This document shows, piece by piece, positions 12,110 to 22,959 of a stretch of DNA of 64,000 nucleotides. A model generated the notes under the pieces. It had not been told where the DNA came from. It saw only the letters and a program-made list of their open reading frames with translations, and did no database searches. A program made the translations under genes and the position numbers. How positions within the stretch are numbered: the stretch's first letter is position 1; the number at the start of each line of letters is the position of its first letter. The stretch is from the human T2T-CHM13v2.0 reference genome, Homo sapiens, in the NCBI RefSeq assembly GCF_009914755.1, contig NC_060947.1; one strand, 5' to 3'.

Positions 12110-12935
12110 GTTTCTCTTCTCTTGGTGTCAGTGACATCACACTATTCCTTTAGATTGTCTTTGCTGTCTCCTTCATGGATTCTTCCTCTTTTTAAATGCT
12201 GTTGTTGCCCAGACTTCTTTCCTCTATCCTCTTCTGTTGTCCTTCCACACAGTATGGCTGGATAGTGCATGGTTATTTGCAGGTTGGTGACTTCCCACCT
12301 TTATCTTTAGGCACTTGAATGCAAGACCCTAGGTGGTCTCATTCATGCCCGAGGCTTCATTTATCACCTGTATGCAGGAAACTCAACAACTTCTCTCCAA
12401 TTCACAAGTCTCTTCTGACCCCAGACCTGTACATCTGTCTACTAGACACCTTCACTTGGATATCCCACAGGCACCTTATATCCCACATGTGCAAAACTGA
12501 TCTCCTGGCCTCTTCCAGTGTCCCCATCCGAGTGAATCCTGCTTCAGGCACTCAGTTGGCCAAACTAAAATTGAGGTAGCATCCCTTCCCTCTCCCTCTT
12601 CCTCTTGCCACCTCCCACTCGCTGCCACTTACAACCATTGCTCTTAAAATAAAGACAAAAATACTATATATGGCCTAAAAGCCTTGCATGTTCTGGTTCC
12701 TGTCTATTCATTCTGTCATGTTTTGTACCATATTCACCCTTGATCATGCTGTTTAAATCACAACACTATTATTTCTGTTCCTTGAACACATCATGCTTCC
12801 TTTTACCTAAGGGCCTTTACACTTATCTATTCTTCTCCCAGATCTTCATCTCCTTAATCCCTCTTCATCCTTCCGATTACAGATAAAGTGTTAATTTCCT
12901 CAGGAGGCCCTTCTCTGACTTCAAATACCCCTTAG
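12110..12935 (+). mobile_element. L2 (ORF2 C-terminal and 3' region), interrupted by L1 at about 12960
   Basis: ctactagacaccttcacttggatatcccacaggcacctt...atgtgcaaaactgatctcc is a classic L2 segment. Confidence 0.8.
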
Positions 12936-12962
12936 AAGGTGTAAGTCTCTTTTAGAGGGTGT

Positions 12963-14010
12963 TTTAAAAAAGTAATAGACTTTATTTCACGGTTTTTGAT
13001 TTACAGACAAATTGAGCAGATAGTACAGTGTTCCCATGTACCTCTCCACCTCAATTTTCTTTATTATTCACATGTTACTTCAGTGCAGAACATTTGTTGC
13101 AATAATGAATCAATATTGATATGTTGTTATTAACTAAAGTTCGTAGTTCATTCATATTTCTTTAGTTTTTACATAATGTTTTTGTGTGTTTCAGTATACC
13201 ACACTACATTTAGTTGTCGTGTCTTAGGCTTCTCTTGGCTGTGACAATTTCTCAGACTCCTTGTTTTTGATGACTTTGACAGTTTTGAGGAGGACTGATC
13301 AGTTGTTTTGTAGAATGTCTCTCTCGTGATTTGCCTGATATTTTTCTCATGATTAGACTGGGGTTATGTATTTTGGGAGGGGAATCACGGAAGTAAAGTG
13401 ATATTTTCATCACATCATATCGAGGCAACATACTGTGTACGTGATATATGACATTGATTCTGATTGTGATCACCTGGCTAAATTTATGTCCATCAGGTGT
13501 CTCCACCTCTAAAATTACTCTTCCCCCCTTGCCATACTGTACTCTTTGGAAGAAAGCCACTATGTGCAACCCACATTTAAGGAGTGGGTGTTATGCCCCT
13601 CTTCCTTTAAGGTGGAGAAGTTACATAATTTATTAAAACTTGTATGCCTGAGAGGCTATCTTTTCTTCCCCATTAATTAATTAATGTATATTGATATATA
13701 CTCAGGGATATTTATTTTATACTTTGGGTTATATTCTAATATTGTTTTATTTATTTTGTTGCTTATATTACTCTAGCTTTGGCCATTGAGAAGTCATTTT
13801 GTTGGCTCCTGTGTCACTTTGATATATTCCCATCATGGTAAAGATTTGTTTTGTTTTAGCACTTTTTTATTTTACTTTCTGGTGCTACAAGATACTTTAG
13901 CGTTATCCTGTATATTTTCTAGTCCTAGAATAAGTCTTTTCTCTAAGGAGCTCTGGTTCCTTTTATTGGAGAATGGTATTAGAAACCAAGATCTAAGTGT
14001 TAGGTGTGCT
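12963..14010 (-). mobile_element. L1MD/L1MC-type 3' UTR fragment
   Basis: aaattgagcagatagtacag...ttattaactaaagt...tttctcagactccttgtttttgatgactttgacagttttgaggag...ggtattagaaaccaagatct. Confidence 0.8.
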
Positions 14011-14029
14011 AGCATTAAAGCACTTTTAT

Positions 14030-14505
14030 TAGTCAAAATTTTATTTCTATTTGTGTGATTATTTAATACACATCTTTATCATCCACAAGGTGTTCAAGGT
14101 GGGGGCCATGTATACTTTTGCTCTTGCTATGTCCCCAGAGCCAAGCACAAGCTCTGTTAAGTAATATGCACTAAAATACTTCTACAAGAAGGCCAGTTAA
14201 TGTTTTACGGAAATGTCTTCCTCTAGGTTATCCAGGACGAAAACATAGAATAATCTAAGTCTCTGTCATCTCTCTCACCCTTCATGTCCGATCACCAAGT
14301 TCTGATGATTCTATTTCTGGAATGCATTTCCTAAGTTCCACTCTAATACTACACTTTTTCAAGCACGTATTTCCTGTCCATGGATAACCCCAATAGCATT
14401 CCAAGTGGTATCCATGCTTCCAGTCCAACCTATACTTCATATTGCTATAAAATTTATCTTCCTAAAGCACAGCTCTGACAAAGACACTTCTTTAATTAAA
14501 AACTC
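14030..14505 (+). mobile_element. L2 pieces (3' end of the split L2, then a second fragment)
   Basis: gtgtgattatttaat...gtccccagagccaagcaca; then tcaccaagttctg...atcttcctaaagcacagctctga. Confidence 0.6.
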
Positions 14506-14511
14506 ATTACA

Positions 14512-15975
14512 GAAATGGAAAAATATACCATATACATGAACTGGAAGACACTATTTGTGGAGTGTCAACTCACAAATAGATTTACAAATTTATAGATTTT
14601 ATTTAATAGATTTATAGATTTAACACAAGCATGTCATCATCATGACAATTTGTTTTGGTAGAAATTAACAAGCTGGCTCTAAGAGCTATATGGAAATGCT
14701 AAGGACCTAGAAACCTAGAGTAATTTTGAAAAATATGAGCAAAATTACAGGATGAAACTTAACCTGACTTCAAGATTTGCTCTAAAGCTATGTTAATAAA
14801 GATAGTGTATTACTGGCATAAGTCTTGACCAATATATTGTGTGACAAATACAGAGTCCAGAAATAGATTCACATTTATATAGTCATATTATGTTTGACAA
14901 AGGTGCCAAAGCAATCTAATAAGAAAGGGAAAGTCTTTTCAATAAATGGCACTGGAAGAACCAGCTATCCATATGAATAAATGAACCTTGAACCTTACTT
15001 CACACCCACCATACATAAAATGTAACTGGGGAGAGATCCAGGGACCTAGACATAAAGTAAAAGACCACAAACCTTTTAGAAAAGCATTGCTTCATCCCTT
15101 AGGCTAGTCAAATGTTTCTGAGGATACAGAAAACAGAATTAACAAGGACAATTGATCAATTAAACTTCATAAAAATTAAAAACTTCTGCTCATCAAAAAA
15201 CTGCCAAGAAAATGAATAGGTAAGTTACATATTGTGAAATATTATTTACAAAACATATATTTTACAAGGGACTGGTATTCAGGATATGTAAAGATCTTCT
15301 ACAATCCAATAATTAAAAGACAAACAACCAATTAAATGTGGGCAAAAATTATTGAATGAACACTTCACAAAAGAAGATATACAAATGGTCAATAAGCACA
15401 AGAAAGATTGCTCACATTATTTGTCATCTTGGAAATGCAAATTAAAATCACAATGAGATACCACTACACAGTCACCAAGGTGGTTAAAGATGAAAAGACT
15501 GACAATACCAGATGCCGATGAGGATGTGGAGAAAGCCAAATTGTCACACATTGTTGGTAAGAATGTAAAATTATACAATCACTTTGGGAAAAGTCTAACA
15601 GTGTTTCATAAAACTCAACATCCACCTACCCTAGGCCCACTCATTTGACCTCCATGTATTTACTCAAGAGCAATGACAGTATATGTTTATAAAAAGAATC
15701 ATACAAGAATGTTCATAGCAGCTATATTAATAATATTAATAATAGCCTAAAACTGGAAACAAGTCAAGAGTCCATCAATGGGAGAATGATAAGCAAACCG
15801 CATAAAGGTGGATATACAAACTGGATATACAAAATGTATGAACAAACCATGGCACATTCATCCAATGAAGCACTGCTCAGCAATAAAACAGAATTGCCAA
15901 AGCGCATAACACAATGGATGAATCTCAAAAGCATCATGCCAAGTGAAAGAATCAAGATGCAAAAGAGTGCAGTGT
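14512..15975 (+). mobile_element. L1ME-type ORF2 3' half and start of 3' UTR (disabled)
   Basis: cctgacttcaagatt..., agagtccagaaataga, gaaatgcaaattaaaatcacaatgagataccactacac, atggatgaatctcaaaagcatcatg; many stops and indels. Confidence 0.9.
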
Positions 15976-16059
15976 TGTTCAGATTCAGATTTCTGCTTTC
16001 TCCAGATGACACTGTGAAAGAGATTAGTATTAGGCTGTGGCTTTATTTTGTTATTTTGC

Positions 16060-16760
16060 TTTTTTGTCTACGTAACAAGATCTAAGTTAATTTCTCCCCC
16101 GAATGTCTCTCCGTTTATCTCAACATACTTCTATGCTGATTTGAGTTGTCTCCTTTATCATATATCAAATATTCATATATTTGAGTCTGCTTGTAGACAT
16201 ATTCTGTACACTAATCTGTCTCTTCTGTCACATCCCATGGTAATTACTGTGACTTTAGAATACATTTTAACATCTTCTGTGGAAAGTATCCCCTTGTTTA
16301 TTTTTTAAAAATATTTCTGGCTATTATATTATTTATATTCCAGATTAACTTTTTTTTAGTTTTTGAACTCTGTCTTTAATATGAAAATATAAGCCAACTT
16401 GTTTTTACTTCTGTGGCTTTCTTATTATGGGCCAGATGCCATTCAAAGAATGAGGCATGATCTATATTCTATGCCTTTCCATGAACTGTTTTGAATTAAA
16501 TGCATGAAATTAACACATGATAATCCAGAATTTAAAAGTTTTGCTACTTTCAGTTTGTTTGAATTGAATTTGTCCAGACTAACTTTAGAATAAACCTACC
16601 TAAGCTCCCCAAATTCCAATTGGAAATATATGTTAAGTGCAGATTGATTTGGAGAAAATTGACATTTATTTGGTAATCAGGTTTCCCATATGGGAATAAA
16701 CTCTCTTCATTTGTTTAAATCTTCCTAAATGACACACGATAAAATTTTCTAGTTTTTGTC
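16060..16760 (-). mobile_element. very old L1 (L1M5/L1ME4-like) ORF2 fragment, split by an insertion
   Basis: taattactgtgactttagaatacattttaacat...tattccagattaacttt / actaactttagaataaac...ttggagaaaattgacattt. Confidence 0.65.
16353..16572 (-). pseudogene. 5'-truncated retroposed polyadenylated fragment of unknown source
   Basis: The - strand ends ...catATTAAAgacagagttc-aaaaactaaaaaaaa. It is flanked by tccagattaacttt (16339-16352) and tccagactaacttt (16573-16586), and the host L1 resumes across the junction. Confidence 0.55.
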
Positions 16761-17011
16761 ATTTTGTGAAAATTGAAGTGGCTAATAAGGCAGGGATGTA
16801 GCAACGCAAGGTGGGTCCACTAGTCCAAAGTCGCTCACTGGGCAGGGAGCTAGCCAGGGAATAACAAACCACAAGGATCTCTCTTCCTCTCCTCATGTGG
16901 CAACAGCCCCTCTCTTCTGGTCTGGCCCCTTTGGCTAGTGAGTGTTCACTAGCCATTTGTACATGCTTTATCTTTATTTCAGAAACTCCCTTTGGGGAAA
17001 GGCTTAATGTT

Positions 17012-17055
17012 CTATATCTGCACTGTCCAATATGGTAGTCACTATTAGACAATGA
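17012..17055. mobile_element. MER3/MER33-like hAT-Charlie terminal fragment
   Basis: ctatatctgcactgtccaatatggtagtcacta resembles the MER3/33 terminus. Confidence 0.4.
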
Positions 17056-18299
17056 TGATCTGGGATGTTGATTTCTAGGTAAGCCTGGGATTTGGGAGGT
17101 GGTATTATAATTCTAATTATTCACGTGAATACTTTGGCCACCAAAGTCACAGCATCAGGAGGTTGTTAGCTGTCCTTAGCTCCAATATCCAAACACACTA
17201 ATGCCATTTATGGAAAGGCCCTTTTTGATCTTTTTTGCTGGTAATAACCTCTGGCTATCTGAGTGCTCCTGGGGCAATACAAGTTCAGTCAGAGAACTCT
17301 CTGGTGATGCTTGAGACGGACAGAATTCTCAAGCCTCCTTAGTTTCATTCATGATATGCCATCAGACTTTGGTCCTATGAATCAAGAACTTGGATAATTT
17401 GTTTTCTGTAACCTCCACATGAAAGAGGAAGTAAAGTCTTCTCTAGGGCCCTCCATTGTCACTGCCATATGGGCCGACTGGAAAACGGGAAGAACATCCA
17501 AGGGGAAGACAGTGGTCTGCACACCGATGTTTGGGCTGGGACCTATACAAGGGAAGGCCTCCAGGAACTGGAGGCCTGCTCCAATTGCTGCGAATAATCA
17601 GTGAGGGGGTTCAGCCAGCGGTCATTGCCATGAGTCACAGAGCTAACAGCCAAGGCCAAACCACAGGCCAGGAGTGACACACTGAGATTCTGGGACCAGG
17701 CAGTCTCTGCTTAGACTTGACCAGGAGAGGTAGCAGGGGAGGCTGGAAACAGAGAGCGATGAAAGAAGGAATGCTAGCAGATACCAAACTTCTGGGCATT
17801 CAGAGTCATTCCTGAGATGGTTGGTCATGTAGTGTGGAAGAGGACTCACCTGCAAGGTTCCTCAGAGTGGATCAGCTAAGACCAGAAGCTAGATGAGTGG
17901 CTGAGGCAGGCAAGAAACCCCAAACGGCAAAGTTAGCAGCAGGGATGCAGGATAGGGGCTGAAATGGAATACAGGCTTCTCTGGGACTGGGCTGAAGATC
18001 TAGGTTTCTAGGTGTAGATGTCTGGCCAGACAGAGGCTGATTAGGGGAAAGAGTGGGGCAGAGATAGGCATTTTAGGAAAATCCACGCCAGTCCAAAGTG
18101 GGCAGAGGCCCTGTTGGAAGCTGAGTCCCAGACTGGTCATGGTAGAAATGGCAGGTGTGATTGCAAGGACTCACAGGGTCTCAGATAAGTCTATAGACAG
18201 AGATGGACAAAGGGCTAATAGGGACCTCTGGGTTCTGTGAAACTCTCCAGGTGTGTCCTTGTGACTGGCCTTCTTCCCAGAACTCCCCTCACTTCCTTT

Positions 18300-20050
18300 C
18301 CATTGGCTCTATGGCCATTGTCAGCTTGCACTCCACTCCTCTTTCCCTTTTGTGCTCCTCTCCTTCGTTTGGACAATGACATGTGAGTCTTCCTGGCTCC
18401 CAATTTCATTTCTCCTGTCCTAAAGAAGTAACAGGCTTTTTGTACTGAGGACTTCTGGGAGATATTCTGGAATCTTTCAAAGGCCTCCTATACAACCCTT
18501 TTTGTCTGGTTTTCATCTCCTCACTTTTCCTTAACTTCCTTTGTGATAGTGCCCATAATCCCATGCCTCAGAATTTCTCTACTATCCCGGATGGAAAAGC
18601 TCATCACACTTTTCCTATTTCTTTGAACTCTCCCATTTCCCAGAGTGACAATTTCTTGTCTCCAAAGCCTTCTTCCTAGTTTTTATCTAAAAAAATTTTA
18701 TAAACCACAATGGATGCCTATCTTCCAATCAGACTTAAATGAGTCTTTCCCATCTCAGAGGCTGTAGATGAAGCAACTCTCATGTCCCTGGAACCCTATT
18801 CCTGCCCCATGGAAAAAGCCACAGTTGGGCATTTCCTACAAGGAACTAGAGTAGAGCTACAGTGGAGGACTCTGACGCTGGGTCTGATTTCACAGCACAT
18901 GTGGAAAAACATTTATGTATGCTTGTTTAGAAATCTAATTATGGTCTTGGAATATTCTTTTAAACATTCCATTCTGGCATTATTCAGTTTCCCAAGTCCA
19001 AATCCTAACAGAAAAAAAGTTTAGGGAGTGGTAATTTCTAAGGGATCATCCAACATATATTATGAATACCATACACTCTGGCTTAGAGGGCAAGGGACTT
19101 AGTTTTAAAGAAGGAACATTTAATCCCTCTTAACTGAAGAAAAAACAATCACAGGGTTTCATGCTGGAAAGTAGCCCATACATGGCTATCTTTATTTCTC
19201 TTTTGGCTTCTTTCAGATTCCTTGGAAACAAAGTCAGGAGCACTATAATGAGGAGAAAATGACAGCTCTGATTAATGACTTCAGAAGATGGCTATTAGAA
19301 AAGAGCCACAAGAATGATTCCTTCAACGTTGCAGCTCATGACCAGGGGAGAGTGGTGTCAAAGGAAATACGGCCAAGTCATTCTTCTTTCTTAGATTCTT
19401 TGCTTGAGATAGCAGACAGTCAAAAATTTGAAGGAAGCTTAGTATAAACCTGGCATAGAAACCAGTGGATTAAGTAAGAGAAAGAGAGGGAAAGTACTAG
19501 AATTAATGAATTTAGGCTTATCAAGTAAGTGTTTTTTTTTTTTTCTTCAAAGTTCTTAGGGGCTTGTGTTTCCCTAAATCTTGCTTTAGTTTTGTATCAC
19601 ATTTAAATAGCCATTCTAGTTTATCTTGTTGCTTCGCCATATTAGTAAAGTGCTTTCCTTGTTAGGTTAAAATTTAGTAGTAAAGCTTATTAATCTCATT
19701 TATTTAGCCATTCCCCAACAAAGTCCCACTGTTTGTACCAGAAAGACATAACCAAGGCTCTGATACCTACTACTCGGTGGCCGTCCTAACTGTGGGATGA
19801 TACTAGAGAGGAAATAGCCATCTTCTTAGAGTCTGCCCACACAATCTCACATTTGTACAATACTGGCAATTCTAAATCTGTTTGATGGACAAGGTGCCCA
19901 CTTAACGTCCTTGTGATGGGGATTTGTGGGAAACAAGACCCAGCTGAGACTTCCAATCCAGAGAACCTCAGGTAGCTCACTGGCCCCATTTCTGCCTTTT
20001 GGGGGATTATCAGTGTGCCTGACTTTGCCTTGGAGATTGGCCCCTTGCTG
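18300..20050 (-). mobile_element. highly diverged CR1-clade LINE relic (ORF1 end plus ORF2 endonuclease region)
   Basis: Minus-strand translations in collinear order: YQSLGYVFL (about 19760, cf. CR1 ORF1 WCQRQGFGFL); FDCLLSQAKNLRKKNDL (about 19425-19375, cf. ORF2 start LKCLYTNARSLGNKQEEL); V*EAFERFQN (about 18490, cf. VQESWLIFKD). Confidence 0.45.
19217..19524 (+). other. candidate exon within the CR1 relic
   Basis: Acceptor ctatctttatttctcttttggcttctttcag (AG 19215-19216) and donor caa|gtaagt (GT 19525-19526). Confidence 0.3.
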
Positions 20051-20195
20051 ATAAACTACGTATGGTCTTGGAGGTCACAGAAGGAAGAGACACAATAAAT
20101 TATCCTCTAATTGACTAGAACCAATGAATCTGACCTTTTCTGAACAAAGCTATGAATCTTTCAACAGTGAAGCAGCTACTTGGCAGATTAGTCAT

Positions 20196-20701
20196 TGTCA
20201 GGTTTGTAAAGGGCTGACCTACCCAGACAGAATGGCTCCCCAATATTGGCAAGATGGAAGAATCTGCACTCACACAGCTAAGCCCACCTCTGCATATTGT
20301 CAGGGATTTGGTTGCTTATGTGTTTTGGAGGGAGGTGCATGTGGGGCAAACTAAGGAATAGGTCAGAAATGGTTGACAAATTGGCAAAGATCGAAGGCTA
20401 GCTAGGTCATCAAGGCGTTAAAGTGAACATAGAGTACCAGATTTCAGGAATGACCAGGAGACAGGTGGGCCAGACAGTGGGGAAGAAAGCCACAAACGAG
20501 GAAAAAAACACTTAAGGCAAACTGAGGAACATAGGAATCAGTAGGCTCTCTCCATAGTGCTCATGGGGCCTCCAATTCTCTAGCAGAGAGCTGTGTCTGG
20601 CTCAGGTAGAGCCTAGTCTTCCTAGGGTCCTGGAGAGACCTGCATAGAGAACTGCTTTCCTGAGCTGCAGAGGACATGGCCAACCATTCCTGTTGGCTAC
20701 A
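20196..20701. mobile_element. probable ancient solo LTR (Gypsy-like MamGypLTR/LTR8x class, unassigned)
   Basis: TGT...ACA termini, 506 bp, flanked by gtcat (20191-20195) and gtcaa (20702-20706); purine-skewed body. Confidence 0.4.
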
Positions 20702-20849
20702 GTCAATTCTGCTCTGGTGGGAACAAGCTAGCTTGAAGTTCCAACTATGGAGTATATCTCATCAATCAAATAAACTTTTATTTTCTGACACCTACATTGC
20801 TCAGAAAACTGTTTGAGGCCAGGCCAGGCCAACGCAGTTGGAAGGCACT

Positions 20850-21350
20850 GGCTATAGAACAAAGCTCAAGACCTTCATCCACCTTGAGACTCTCTGAGCT
20901 GGTCCCAGTCTATCTTTCCAGGTTCGCCTGCTACCTCCATCCCTCACTAGTGAAACCTTTTCTTTAGTCGCATGGATTGACTTGCTGCTCCCCAAACTCA
21001 TGCCCCTCCCTGCTACTGTGCCTTTGCTCAAGCTTTTCTTTTCATCCCTCTGACAACTCCCCCCAGACCTCACACATTCATCACCTACTCATTCTTCAAA
21101 GCCCAGTCTAATGCCACTTCTTCCAAGATGGCCGCGCTGATATGTGCCTCACAGTTGGAATAACTTTCCCTTTTTGTGCTCCCCGCTTTACTTGTCTTCT
21201 GTTTGGTGGCAGACTTAGGTATGTGCAAGTGCCCTGGGGGAGCTGTTGGCAAACAGGGACCAAGGCTGACTGAGCCCTGTTCCCTCAACAGAGCTTGCCC
21301 AAATCCTCATCTGGAACAGGTTCGAAATACACGCTTGGTGGAATTAAATG
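20850..21350 (+). mobile_element. L2 3' portion
   Basis: ctactcattcttcaaagcccagtctaatgccacttcttccaaga and flanking L2 motifs. Confidence 0.7.
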
Positions 21351-21519
21351 CATTTCTTCCATCTCAGAGAAGTAGAAAATCTTTTTTTCCTTCTTCTTCT
21401 AAACTTTCTCAGTTTTGATTTATGGAGTTCATTAACTTAGTTATTTTCCTCTCTTCTCATCCTTTGTGCCTGGTTCTCTAGAAGGCTGATCTTTTAGTTC
21501 CAAGGTAGAATTAAATAAC

Positions 21520-21730
21520 TAACCTTTGTGGAGCACTTTGTAGTTTTCAAAGCACTTTCCCATCCACTACTTAATTGATTTCCTCAGCCACCCGTGAATT
21601 ATACCCAATTTAGAGCTGAGAAATCTGTCTCCTATGTGAAGCAACTTGTTCAGGTCAGAGCAATTAAGGGGTCAGCCAGGGACTAGAGCCCAGACTGTCT
21701 GCCTCTAAGTCATGTCCTCCCCACTAACAG
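21520..21730 (-). mobile_element. MIRc-type SINE
   Basis: agcactttgtagttttcaaagcactttccc...gggactagagcccagactgtctgcctc. Confidence 0.7.
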
Positions 21731-21754
21731 CAACCACACAGCAGAAACAACTGC

Positions 21755-22000
21755 CCTGAGCATTTATTGACCTCTCACTCAGTGCCAGGCACTGTGCTGT
21801 GCACCTCACATGGGTTATCGTGTTTTATTCCAACAATAATTTTGTGAGGCAGGTGCTATTATTATTTCCAGTTGAGAGAGGATTTGATGGTTTAGAGAGC
21901 TTGGGCAACAGATTGAAGGGCACATGGTCAATAAGTGGTAGAGCCGGCACTTAGATCCAGATATGGCAGACTCCAGTGAGCCTGGTTGCGCTGAACTGCA
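21755..22000 (-). mobile_element. MIRb-type SINE
   Basis: catttattga...gtgccaggcactgtgct...tgtgaggcaggtgctattattatt...taagtggtagagccgg. Confidence 0.8.
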
Positions 22001-22465
22001 GCTTCTAATCTGTGCTCCCCCGTGCACTGGTGAGAGCTGGTGCTTTGGCATTCCCAGCTATCTGTGTGCACGCACCTGCTAGGCTAGAAGAACTAGCATT
22101 GCCCCTGGAGTCAGAAGCCTTGAGCACCACTCCTGGTTTGGCTACCTGCATGGAAAAAATCACTGACTATTTCTGAAACTCAGGTTTTTAATAGGCAAAG
22201 AGAAATTATCTTTCTATGTGTCTGGGCATTGAAGAAAGGCTGGAGAATACAAGGCAACTGGGTTTTCCCTGACTCTTGGCAAGGCTGCCAGTCACATTTT
22301 ATTTGCTAGTCACATCTGGTTTAACCCAAACTTCGTTCTGTGTCCAAATAAGTTATTCTGAGGCCTTTTCCTACGTCTCTCACACCCAATCACAGCCTCA
22401 CCTCCTTTTTCATCCACCCCAGGAGACTTATCTCCTGTTTTGACTCATGTGAAGCCATTAACATG

Positions 22466-22706
22466 AAACAGTGTGCAGTGGTCCGTAAGAACTTGGACCA
22501 TGCTGTCTCACAGACCTGGGCTTGAGTCCTGTCTCTCCCACTGGCCAGCAATGTGATATTTGATCTCTATGAGTTTTATTTCCTTCCTCTGTAGAATATG
22601 GGTAATCACTGTACCTACCGTACGGGTTCTTGTGAAAATGACACCAAATAATACCCAGACGACACTCAGCACAGCACAGTGTATATGCTTAAAAGGTGGT
22701 GGTTGT
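22466..22706 (+). mobile_element. MIRb-type SINE
   Basis: cagacctgggcttgagtcctgtctct...tttccttcctctgtagaatatggg...gtacctaccgtacgggttcttgtga. Confidence 0.75.
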
Positions 22707-22959
22707 AAGTGGTATAATTTATGCTGTCAAGCCTAAAATGCTGACATTTTCTCCACCTCAATATTTCTTCTTTCCTTGATCCAGTGGTCCAGCCCTCTAC
22801 TGGAACTCTCTCCCAGCTTCCTGAGGTCCCAGCTTTGTGAGTTGTCACCACCCATGCTTATTTTCAGCCTTTCTGGCTCTGCTGGCTCTAGTCTTGCAGC
22901 CTAGAATATGCTTAGGTAGTTCCTAGTTTCCTGGAGAGTGAAGTTTGCCTTCAAAGTCA

